A stretch of 43,501 nt of DNA from an uncultured Anaerolineaceae bacterium (GCA_964385975.1 CAYLSK010000001.1:1-43501); one strand, 5' to 3'; positions 31,741 through 39,398 are shown, counted from the first letter of the stretch. Notes: generated by a model not told the origin, from the letters alone. Made by a program: numbers and translations.

Positions 31741-33509
31741 CAGTCGTCTCCACCGAAGAAGATGAACGGCTCGGCCATCGGCTCTTCGGGCTCGACCTCC
31801 GGTCCATTCGCCTCCGCGAACAATGCGTCACACCAGGCAGCGACGCCGTCGATGCGCTCGGAACTCTTCTCCTTCGAGGGCTTGATGTTGCCGGCGGCAT
31901 CCTCGTCCGCGGCGGCGTTCGCAACCATCCAGGCCAGGACCGGGTTGCCGTCGTAGTGGACGAGCCCCCCGGCGATGTCCGCCTCGAGCCGTTTCGCCGG
32001 TGCGGACAGCGAGGCGTAGCCCTGGCCGACCTCGACCACCTCGACGCCCTCGGACTGCAGCGCAGGCGTTAGCCAGGCCGTGTTCCAGCGATCGATCCCG
32101 ACACTCCAGATGTGCGCGCCCAGCGAGACGACATCAGCGACGACCTTCTCCTGGTCGACGCGGTTCCCCCCGGTCAATGTGATCCAGTCGTCGCGGGCCC
32201 AGACATCGTAGGGAACGTGGTCACGCTTGACCCGCGCCGGCATGTTCGCTGCGGGCAGCCAGAAGCGCGCCACGAGATCGTAGCATCGGCCGCCATGACC
32301 CTCGCCGGCGCAGGCGTCACGGTCGACCTTGAGGACGAAGGCGGTCAGGTCCATCGTCGACGATAGATCGAGCCCGCCCCAGCCCTTGCGGCCGGCGAGC
32401 TCGGCGGGCCCGCCGGCACAGGCGACGAACGTCACGACATCGAGCCACTTGCCCGAGCCCTCGGTCCAGATGCAGAAGCACATCCGCTTGACGACGTTCT
32501 GCTGGGCGGGCTTGCCGAGCGCCTCGCGGACCATCTCGCGTAGATAACGCGTCGACACCGAAACGCCGAGGTTCGGGTTGGCCTTGAGCCAGACGGATTC
32601 GTCTGTCCACTGGTCGCAATCGGGGCAGCCGTCGACCGGCGCCCCACCGCGGCGGTGCTCCTCGCAGGCATCGAGCCCGGCGACGAACGGGAACCAGGAG
32701 TCGTCCTGGCGGACACCCTCGAGGATTTCGATGCTGTACTGGTGGTCGGCCCAGCACACCGAGTGGCGATCGAACCCGCTGTTGGTGATCCGGAAGATCA
32801 GCGCGTCGCGCCAGCCCTTCGTGCCGGCCCGCATCGCGTCGATGACCTCGGACGACGGATGAGCGTGCTCTTCGTCGATGATGGCGATGTAGACGCGCTT
32901 ACCGTGGAGGTTCTTGGCCTCCGAGCTGACGTAGGTGAACGAGGATCCCTTCGGCCCGCTGAGCGAGTGCGCGAACATCCGGATCCGCTCGCGCAGCGGG
33001 CTCGACTTCGCGACCATGAGCCGCGCGTCGTTCCAGGCGATCGAGCTTTGGTCGCGACCTGCGGCCGCGCTGTAGATCTGGGCGCCGGAGCGGCCCTCGC
33101 CGACCATCCCGTACAGCCCGATGCCGGCGGCCATCGGCGTCTTGCCCGAGCCCTTCGCCGTCTCGGTGTAGGCGTTCCGGATCAGCCGGACATCGACGCC
33201 ATCTTCGTCGCGTGTGAACCAGCCGAACGTCGAGCCAACGATGAAGGCCTCCCAGCCCTGGAGCACGAACGGCTTACCCTCGAACTCGCCCTCGTGCAGT
33301 CGGAGGTAGCTAAAGAACCGAATCGCGCGACCGCCGGCCGCGGCATCGAACCAGATGTCCTCGCGCTCGAGCCAGCGTTCATGACGCTCGCACAGGAGGC
33401 GGACGTAGCGATTGGCGACGATCCGACCCGACAGGACGTCGGCAGCATAGGCATGGACAACGTCTGCCGCGATCTCATCGGCTGAACGGTCAAGCGCGGC
33501 GACGGCCAA
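31740..33509 (-). CDS. terL: terminase large subunit (Terminase_1-like)
   Basis: Walker A TAKGSGKTPMAAG, an IIDEEH-type Walker B, and a C-terminal nuclease half. 589 aa. Confidence 0.85.
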   Translation of the reverse strand: MAVAALDRSADEIAADVVHAYAADVLSGRIVANRYVRLLCERHERWLEREDIWFDAAAGGRAIRFFSYLRLHEGEFEGKPFVLQGWEAFIVGSTFGWFTRDEDGVDVRLIRNAYTETAKGSGKTPMAAGIGLYGMVGEGRSGAQIYSAAAGRDQSSIAWNDARLMVAKSSPLRERIRMFAHSLSGPKGSSFTYVSSEAKNLHGKRVYIAIIDEEHAHPSSEVIDAMRAGTKGWRDALIFRITNSGFDRHSVCWADHQYSIEILEGVRQDDSWFPFVAGLDACEEHRRGGAPVDGCPDCDQWTDESVWLKANPNLGVSVSTRYLREMVREALGKPAQQNVVKRMCFCIWTEGSGKWLDVVTFVACAGGPAELAGRKGWGGLDLSSTMDLTAFVLKVDRDACAGEGHGGRCYDLVARFWLPAANMPARVKRDHVPYDVWARDDWITLTGGNRVDQEKVVADVVSLGAHIWSVGIDRWNTAWLTPALQSEGVEVVEVGQGYASLSAPAKRLEADIAGGLVHYDGNPVLAWMVANAAADEDAAGNIKPSKEKSSERIDGVAAWCDALFAEANGPEVEPEEPMAEPFIFFGGDD

Positions 33510-33963
33510 AGAACTCCTCCTCCATCGGATCGGCGGTGGGCGGCGTGCCGGTCAATTCGGCGCGCGATCCCGGCGTCAGGCCAAGCTCCCGGGCGTAGGC
33601 GCGCATCAGGTCAGCGTTCGCTTGGACGATCATGTTCAGCGGGTTGCGCACGAGCTCACCGACGCGGGCGCCGCGGATCAGCGGCCCTGCCTGGTGCAGC
33701 CGTTCGGCCGCGTATTCATACCTCGCGACCGCCTCGCAGTAGACCCGCAGCGCGTCGCTGTCGAGTGCGGTGATGACGCCGGTGTCGCCGAAGTCGCGCA
33801 GGATCCGTCGCCAAATCTTTCGAGCGGGCTCAGCCATCGTGGCGGGCATCCGCGGCTGGTTCTGCTTCGGTTTCGGTTCATTGAGATTGAGCCGCTCGGC
33901 CCGCGTCTCGCCATGCAGCAGCTTGAGCGCGGTCGGCATCTTCGAGGGCCCGCGCTTACCCAC
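33490..33963 (-). CDS. terS: terminase small subunit (P27-family-like)
   Basis: N-terminus GKRGPSKMPTALKLLHGETRAERLN matches the typical P27 opening. GTG 33963 lies 5 nt after the upstream stop. An alternative ATG is at 33939. Confidence 0.65.
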   Translation of the reverse strand: MGKRGPSKMPTALKLLHGETRAERLNLNEPKPKQNQPRMPATMAEPARKIWRRILRDFGDTGVITALDSDALRVYCEAVARYEYAAERLHQAGPLIRGARVGELVRNPLNMIVQANADLMRAYARELGLTPGSRAELTGTPPTADPMEEEFFGRRRA

Positions 33964-35249
33964 GCACCGCCTCCCGGCCCGTGAATCGAGCCCAGCGCTC
34001 GATGGCGATCTGAGCGTAGCGCGGGTCGATCTCGATGGCGTAGCAGCGACGGCCGAGCTGCTCGGCTGCGATGAGCGTGGTGCCAGATCCCAGGAACGGG
34101 TCATAAACGTCGCCCGCGTGGTTGCGGAGCGGGGGCTCGAAGAGGGCGACGGGTTTCTGTGCCGGATGGTCGAGCTTCTCCTCGGTCGAGCCGCCCATGA
34201 TCATCTTGGGGCTGGGCGCCCGCCAGACCGTGCTCTGGTCGCGGTCGCCCGTATAGAGGTTGGGCATCCCGGGCTTGCGGACCGCCCAGCACGGCTCGTG
34301 GCCCCAGTGGTACCAGGACCGGCCCATCGCGAAGAGGCCCTTGTCCCAGATCACCTGGCTCACGATCTCGAAGCCGATCCGCACGAGGCCCTCGGCCACG
34401 GCAGCGGCATGGACGCCGGCGTGCCAGACATAGCCCACCTCGATGCTAGGCACGAGTTCGAAGGCCTCCGACCAGTCGACACGCGTGTCGCCTGAAAGGG
34501 TGGTGTTGCGGTGACCCTGGATCCGCATGTACGGCCGCTCGGCCGTAGAGCGAACGCCACGGCTGGATGCGCGGTCCATGTTTCCGTTGTAAATGCCGTC
34601 CCGCCAGGTCGGATCGAGCGCTACCCCGTAGGGCGGGTCCGTCGCGAGGATCCTGGGTGCCCCCCCCCCCGAGCACACGAGCTACGTCCGCCGGGTTGGT
34701 GGCATCACCGACCAAGAGTCGGTGGTCACCGAGGATCCATAATTCGTTGGCCCGCACGTACGGCTCGGCGGGCACCTCCGGGACCTCGTCCGGGTCGGTC
34801 AGGCCAGCTTTCGGGCCACCCAGATCGGCGAGCAGCCGGCGCAGGCCGGCATCGTCGACCGTGACGTCGGCGAGCAGCGCATCGAGCGCGGCCTGATTGG
34901 TCTCGGCCATGGCCGCGAGCGGATCAAGGGTCGCCAGGACGAGGGCTTCCTCCTCGGGCGAGAGGTCGACGTACAGGACCGGGACGGTCGCTTCGTGCCG
35001 CTCGAGCGCCTCCTCAACCCTCGCATGGCCATCGACGAGGTTGCCTGTCTGGACGTTGACGATGACTTGCTGGACCCAGCCCACGGTCTCGAGCGAACCC
35101 GCGAGGGCGCGGCGCTGGCCTCGTCCGTGGACGCGCCAGTTGCGCGGGTTTGCCTGGATCGACGCCGGGTCGACGGCCTCGGACCGGACGATCCGGCTGC
35201 GTAGGCCAGTGACCGGCGCCAAGGGGGGTGCTGCCGCCTTCGCCATCAT
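33956..35249 (-). pseudogene. ParB-like N-terminal domain fused to a beta-class N6/N4 DNA methyltransferase, split by a frameshift in a G11 tract
   Basis: Frame A (34446..35249) carries the ParB-N motifs and ends …WILGDHRLLVGDATNPADVARVLGGGG. Frame B (33956..34678) continues GGGAPRILATDPPYGV…DPFLGSGTT. Removing one G gives one 430-aa ORF. Confidence 0.7.
34660..34670. repeat. homopolymer C11 (G11 on the coding strand)
   Basis: Counted directly: position 34660 plus the ten C at 34661-34670. Confidence 0.9.
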
Positions 35250-35350
35250 CGGGCCGTTCCCGATCTTCGGCCTTGCATTACGGCGCGATCAGAGTGATGG
35301 ATGCGCGACCGATCGCCAGATCGGCGACCGCGAGCGAACGGAGGATCGAC

Positions 35351-35722
35351 ATGGCGAACATGCGGAAGTGCATCGGCTCGGCGAAGTTCGGGATCGAGGC
35401 GCACGAGGCGCCGCCCGAGGATTTCCCGGTCCAACCCTCTCAGCGCGATGGTCTCGGCCGGATGTGCAAGCCCCACTGGACCGCGTACACGCGGGCATTG
35501 CGGCAGGCGGCGCCCGCGAGCAATGCGGCTGGCACGAAGCTGGCGGTCGGCACCGGCACCCCGCCGGTCGTCCACGGAGTCGGCTCGTCGTCGCGGCAAA
35601 GGATCGGCGGTCCGCCAAAGCCCGAACCGATCCGGACGCGCGTCCGGGCGGCCAAGGCGAAGGCCGAGGTCGACGCTCTCGCCCGCGAGGCGGCCAACGT
35701 CGAGGAGGCCACCACCGCGTAG
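35351..35722 (+). CDS. plus-strand 123-aa zinc-ribbon protein with a basic/Ala-rich C-terminus
   Basis: The ATG lies 5 nt after GGAGGA. Near-saturated GC3. Motif C-x..F…DG…MCKPHW. Followed by a strong hairpin. Confidence 0.65.
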   Translation: MANMRKCIGSAKFGIEAHEAPPEDFPVQPSQRDGLGRMCKPHWTAYTRALRQAAPASNAAGTKLAVGTGTPPVVHGVGSSSRQRIGGPPKPEPIRTRVRAAKAKAEVDALAREAANVEEATTA

Positions 35723-35742
35723 ACCTCCCCGCAGATGAACCC

Positions 35743-35776
35743 GGGGCCCTGGGCGCAAGCCCGGGGCCCTTCTTCG
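35743..35776 (+). terminator. intrinsic-terminator-like hairpin (11-bp stem, GCAA loop, then TTCTTCG)
   Basis: gggccctgggc-gcaa-gcccggggccc at 35744-35769, with one G.U pair. It lies 21 nt after the plus-strand gene stop. Confidence 0.55.
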
Positions 35777-35805
35777 TGGGCTGGCGTCAGTGGCCACGGG
35801 CGTGT

Positions 35806-36135
35806 TCATCGCGGCACGCGGGCCAACCGTGGCGCCGGTGCGCGCGATCTCGCCGCGCCGTCGGCGAAGTTGCAGTGCGAGCATGCCGGCCGCAGCCCGG
35901 TTGGCCCGTGGTCGGCCGTCGTTGCGATCCCGGTGCAGCCTGGCAAGCGGAGGACGCACGGTTGCCCGAGCAGCACCGCCCGTCGCCGTTCGTACGCCGC
36001 GTCGTAGCCGCGGGCCTGACGCGAGACGCCGCGATGGTTCCGGCTCGAAGTCCGGGCGTGCAGGGCGCAGCGAGGCCCCATCTGCCGCTCACGACAGCCT
36101 GGCGCCCTGCAGCGCTGGAGCGGGGCCCAGGGCAC
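35806..36135 (-). CDS. HNH endonuclease (packaging-associated type)
   Basis: C..PGC…RC..H…RGYD..Y.RRR…C..PGC…ADH…CSHCN layout. Confidence 0.65.
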   Translation of the reverse strand: MPWAPLQRCRAPGCRERQMGPRCALHARTSSRNHRGVSRQARGYDAAYERRRAVLLGQPCVLRLPGCTGIATTADHGPTGLRPACSHCNFADGAARSRAPAPRLARVPR

Positions 36136-36138
36136 CGC

Positions 36139-36381
36139 TCAGCCCCGCGCGATCGCGTGGGTCGGGACGAGGAGGGTCGGCCCTGGCCGGCGTTGTTTCG
36201 CGAGCTCGGCCGGGAGTTGGAGCGCGATGTAGCCCATGAGGCTGATTGCCTCCTGTGCGTTCAGGTCCCTCGGCACATTGATTGCGACCATGCGACCCGA
36301 TGGCAGCCCGATCTTGAACTCGGACCGCAGCTCTGGCTTCGGCGCCTCAGCAGCAGCGATCGCCGCCGCGACGGGATCCAT
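36139..36381 (-). CDS. hypothetical protein (80 aa)
   Basis: ATG at 36381 (MDPVAAAIAA…) is coupled by TGATG to the preceding micro-ORF. The upstream extension of the ORF has poor GC3. Confidence 0.45.
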   Translation of the reverse strand: MDPVAAAIAAAEAPKPELRSEFKIGLPSGRMVAINVPRDLNAQEAISLMGYIALQLPAELAKQRRPGPTLLVPTHAIARG

Positions 36382-36446
36382 CAGAACCACCACCAGCAAC
36401 CGCCGTATTCGGTGTGCCACGACATACAGTAGGTGCACCAGGTCAT
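36381..36446 (-). CDS. 21-aa Cys/Trp-rich micro-ORF (MTWCTYCMSWHTEYGGCWWWF)
   Basis: Hand-translated. ATGA overlap upstream, TGATG overlap downstream. GC3 is higher than in the competing frame. Confidence 0.3.
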   Translation of the reverse strand: MTWCTYCMSWHTEYGGCWWWF

Positions 36447-36559
36447 CTAGGCTCCTCCGCCCCGCCCATCCACCACGGCCCGAAGCCCAGCCACAGCGCC
36501 GTGAAGAAGCCGAGACCGGCCATCGAGCCGCCGAACAGGACGAGGCCGAGGACGAGCAT
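36443..36559 (-). CDS. 38-aa membrane micro-protein (MLVLGLVLFGGSMAGLGFFTALWLGFGPWWMGGAEEPR)
   Basis: Hand-translated. The ATG directly follows the TAG of the holin-like frame. High GC3. Confidence 0.4.
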   Translation of the reverse strand: MLVLGLVLFGGSMAGLGFFTALWLGFGPWWMGGAEEPR

Positions 36560-36784
36560 CTACTTGACCGGCGTGACCTGGGTCCGGATCAGCTCGGCCG
36601 CGATGATCGGCGACAGCAGCAGGCCGAGCTGCGCCGCGGCGTTCACGATGTCGCTGACCTGGCCCGTCAGGGCGTCGCTGACGAAGCCCTGGCCGTTGAG
36701 CGTGGTGATGGCCCCGATGATGAGGGCGACGACGAGCCCGATCCAGCGGGCCGGTTCATTGCTGGGCGTTTCGGTTACTCCAAT
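36560..36784 (-). CDS. holin-like two-TM protein whose reading frame lacks a canonical start codon
   Basis: The frame …EPARWIGLVVALIIGAITTLNGQGFVSDALTGQVSDIVNAAAQLGLLLSPIIAAELIRTQVTPVK* has about 97 percent GC3 by my count. There is no in-frame ATG, GTG or TTG upstream of the TM region. ATT at 36784 is the only start-like codon. Confidence 0.4.
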   Translation of the reverse strand: MGVTETPSNEPARWIGLVVALIIGAITTLNGQGFVSDALTGQVSDIVNAAAQLGLLLSPIIAAELIRTQVTPVK

Positions 36785-37122
36785 GCTGTCTTGATGACGA
36801 CCTTGACGCCGGCCACGGTGCCGGTTACGGCATCGCGGACTCGACCCCCCGCGGCATTGGACACATCGGAGGCAGCTTCGACGGCTCCCGTTGCGGCGGC
36901 GGCGGCGGCGTCCTCAGCGGTGACGGCTAGATCGCCGGCAACGCTGATGGCGCCCTTGACCGTCGCCACCGCGGCATCGACCAGGTCGGTCCCCAACTCA
37001 GCGGCATCGGCCACGATCGTTCGAGCAGCCCGAGTGAACGCAGCGATCACGTCTGAACCCGCGTCCACCAGGACCACCACATCGGTCTTGATGCGGTTGA
37101 TGATGTCTGCTTCTAACGACAT
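36775..37122 (-). CDS. Ala/Val/Asp-rich helical protein of the lysis cassette (115 aa)
   Basis: AAGGAG lies upstream of the ATG. ORF in the track. Confidence 0.5.
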   Translation of the reverse strand: MSLEADIINRIKTDVVVLVDAGSDVIAAFTRAARTIVADAAELGTDLVDAAVATVKGAISVAGDLAVTAEDAAAAAATGAVEAASDVSNAAGGRVRDAVTGTVAGVKVVIKTALE

Positions 37123-37141
37123 TCCAACTCCTTTACCGTCT

Positions 37142-37435
37142 TCACGAGTCTTCCTTTTTGAGCGCCTTGCGGGCCTTGCTGATCTTGTTGCGGAGTTCCG
37201 CGTTGTCCGCCTCCGCTGCCGCTTCGTCGGCCTTGGCCTTGGCGGCGTCAGCCTTGGCCCGGGCCACCTGAGCCGCGGCGTCCTCTGGCAGCAGTGGCTC
37301 GCCGTCTCCTTCGATGATCTCGGCCGCGATCGCGCCGGCGACGGCGGCAGCGGCGCCCTTGAGCAGGTTCCGGCGGCCAGTGTTCAAGGGCTTGGGCTTC
37401 GGCAGATGCGGCCGGCGCAGGCGTGCGGCGCTCAT
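37142..37435 (-). CDS. 97-aa protein with a twin-arginine-type signal and a coiled-coil body
   Basis: T-G-R-R-N-L-L-K followed by GAAAAVAGAIAA, then an Ala/Lys/Asp/Glu coiled coil. TGATG coupling to the endolysin. Confidence 0.55.
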   Translation of the reverse strand: MSAARLRRPHLPKPKPLNTGRRNLLKGAAAAVAGAIAAEIIEGDGEPLLPEDAAAQVARAKADAAKAKADEAAAEADNAELRNKISKARKALKKEDS

Positions 37436-38361
37436 CAGGTCAGCGCCACCAATGCCTTGTCGACGCGCTCCGACAGGTCGGTCAGGATGCCCCGGATCTC
37501 CGTGACGTCGCTGCGCACATTGACGATCTCGTCATGGAGCGGCTTGACGGCCTCTGCCACCGCGGCGGTGCAGTCCGGTAGCGGGATGGGCAGATCCACG
37601 GTCTCGGCGATGGCCGAACCCTCAATGAACCCGATCGTCTGGCGAGCGTTGCCATCGGCGTAGAAGGCGCCCGTGTTGACCAGGATCCCGCGCCATGCAG
37701 TCGAGGCATTGGTGTTGCCGAAGAGGGGATAGATGGACGTCGCGTTCAGGCCCGCGCTATCACCGCTCGTCGAGGCCTGCCGATAGAAGCGAGTCCCGGC
37801 CTTCACCTTGATCCCTTTGAGCGGCCGAAACTCGGACGGATCGAGCGATGGCGTCAACATGTGATCGACCTCTGGTGTTGCGAAGTAGGGCTCGAACAAC
37901 GCGACCTTGGTCCGCTGCTCCGAGTCGCGATAGAAGCTCAGATGGGTATGGGCGAGGTGGCTCGTGTCGGCCTCACCGGGACGGGGTGCCGATGCGTACC
38001 CACGCTCGCGGTCCCAGCGAAGCACGATTTGGCCGTCAGGGCTGTAGATGATCTCGCGGATGTCGGAGCAACCCGGCACGTCCGCCTGGGCCTGGAGGAC
38101 GAACCAGCGGGAGAAGGTGCGCAGCTTGACGAGCGATCCATCGAGGCGGCCGAGGTCGATGGCGCTGGCGGCGTTGGTCAGGCCAGCCCGGTCGCGCGCC
38201 GTCTGGGCGCTGTACGCACCGGCCAGCAGCTGATCGGCGCCCAGGTGGTAGCTGACACCCTTCGACTGGTGCGCGCTGTCGCCGACCACGCCCAGGTTGA
38301 CGCCACCGTGCGCAGTCCAGAAGCGGCCGAGGGCGACGAGGGTGGCCGGAGCGAACGTCAC
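37435..38361 (-). CDS. endolysin candidate: zinc-peptidase (M15-like H…D…HxH) N-terminal domain plus C-terminal binding/coiled-coil part
   Basis: GDSAHQSKGVSYHLG … ASAIDLG … DTSHLAHTHLSF. Position ahead of the holin-like genes. GTG 38361 forms a GTGA overlap. The longest ORF starts at 38430. Confidence 0.5.
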   Translation of the reverse strand: MTFAPATLVALGRFWTAHGGVNLGVVGDSAHQSKGVSYHLGADQLLAGAYSAQTARDRAGLTNAASAIDLGRLDGSLVKLRTFSRWFVLQAQADVPGCSDIREIIYSPDGQIVLRWDRERGYASAPRPGEADTSHLAHTHLSFYRDSEQRTKVALFEPYFATPEVDHMLTPSLDPSEFRPLKGIKVKAGTRFYRQASTSGDSAGLNATSIYPLFGNTNASTAWRGILVNTGAFYADGNARQTIGFIEGSAIAETVDLPIPLPDCTAAVAEAVKPLHDEIVNVRSDVTEIRGILTDLSERVDKALVALT

Positions 38362-38561
38362 GAGACGGGCTCCAATGCCACGAGCGCGCGGCCCGCGATC
38401 CTCCGCGATTCGCTCCAACAGGCGCGACACTTGCTACCGCTGACCTTGCCGTCGGGGGTCAGATACCAAAACTCAGCGTCGAGTGGCCAGGTCTCGCCAC
38501 AGTGGCGGCACAAACGAACGAAGCCGAGTTCACGGTCGTAACTCGTCATCCGCCCGCTCAC
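38358..38561 (-). CDS. zinc-ribbon protein (67 aa)
   Basis: CRHCG…F…DGK…KCRACW. GTGA overlap with the upstream stop at 38558-38561. Confidence 0.5.
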   Translation of the reverse strand: MSGRMTSYDRELGFVRLCRHCGETWPLDAEFWYLTPDGKVSGSKCRACWSESRRIAGRALVALEPVS

Positions 38562-38746
38562 GGCACCGGCTCCGTCCATGGCACAACTCGTCCGGCGGCG
38601 ATGTCGGCCCGACCTTCCGCAACCCGAGCCACGAAGACCGGATCGGCTTCGAGCTCGCGCCACACACGGCGGCTGACCCAAGATCGCAGCGGCGTCCGAT
38701 GCAGCACGGCGCCGACGCTCCGATGGCTTTGGAGGAACCGGATCAC
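38558..38746 (-). CDS. 62-aa protein with a Phd/YefM-antitoxin-like C-terminal half
   Basis: …WRELEADPVFVARVAEGRADIAAGRV resembles the LE.L.DPE…..L.EA..D.AAGR antitoxin tail. GTGA overlap at 38743-38746. Confidence 0.35.
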   Translation of the reverse strand: MIRFLQSHRSVGAVLHRTPLRSWVSRRVWRELEADPVFVARVAEGRADIAAGRVVPWTEPVP

Positions 38747-38952
38747 GGCACAGGCTCCGTCCACGTCGAGCCGTCATCCTCGCGCCGGTCGCGGTTGGCC
38801 AGACGGAGACAGGTCTCGCAAGTAGGGCCCTCGCTCGTCGGAGGCGGCTCCGTCGTGAACGCGGCGACCTGCTCAGGCGTCACCTTGCGCGGCAGACCGT
38901 GGCGAGTCGTGATCGTGAACGTGCCCCATTCGTCCGTCCAGAGCTCGCTCAT
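38743..38952 (-). CDS. hypothetical protein (69 aa)
   Basis: ATGA overlap with the upstream gene. Ends with the same WTEPVP* as the next gene. Confidence 0.45.
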   Translation of the reverse strand: MSELWTDEWGTFTITTRHGLPRKVTPEQVAAFTTEPPPTSEGPTCETCLRLANRDRREDDGSTWTEPVP

Positions 38953-39398
38953 GCGGCGTAGCCCCATTCGTTGATCAGGGATGCGGTGATCCGGCGCCAA
39001 GTCGTCTCAGCCGCCCGGAATCGACGGACAGCCATCGCCGCATCGCTGCCCTCGACGAGCGCCACCACCGCGACCCCCATCAGGTCCTCGTTGAGCGGAT
39101 CCGCGATAGAGCTCATGAACGCCTTGGGATCCGGCCCGACCAGCGCCCGCGCCAGACCGAAGAGCGGGTGTCCGGTGTACGGCGCCGGGAGAGGCTCGGC
39201 TGACATCCGAAGCCTCGCGGCGCGACGGCGGGCCTGCTCAGCGACCTTCTCGCGATTGGCCCGCTTCCAGCGCAGCCGCCGGGCACGTTCGGTCCCCGGA
39301 TGCGCCTTGGCCCACATGGCGCCGTAGTGGGGCCGTGCGGCGCGCCAGGCGGCGGTGTAGGCGCGACGTCGGGCGATCGACTCGAGTGAGCGGCTCAT
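38949..39398 (-). CDS. hypothetical basic protein (149 aa)
   Basis: ORF in the track. Confidence 0.5.
   Translation of the reverse strand: MSRSLESIARRRAYTAAWRAARPHYGAMWAKAHPGTERARRLRWKRANREKVAEQARRRAARLRMSAEPLPAPYTGHPLFGLARALVGPDPKAFMSSIADPLNEDLMGVAVVALVEGSDAAMAVRRFRAAETTWRRITASLINEWGYAA

Noticed and set aside
31452-31924. ORFs 31452..31634 and 31496..31924, which look like alternative genes upstream of the portal.
   Set aside because: Both are out-of-frame readings that terminate in successive copies of the 44-bp repeat (all end in GWVGLGVPR). Their upstream parts are Arg/Pro-rich junk overlapping the TerL 3' end. Only 31540..31740 has membrane-protein composition and a coupled start.
35250-35350. 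Divergent promoters between the ParB-methylase gene and the plus-strand zinc-ribbon gene.
   Set aside because: The geometry requires promoters here, but I could not find a -35/-10 pair with acceptable spacing on either strand. TTGCAT at 35272 has no TANNNT partner. Nothing is therefore reported as a feature.
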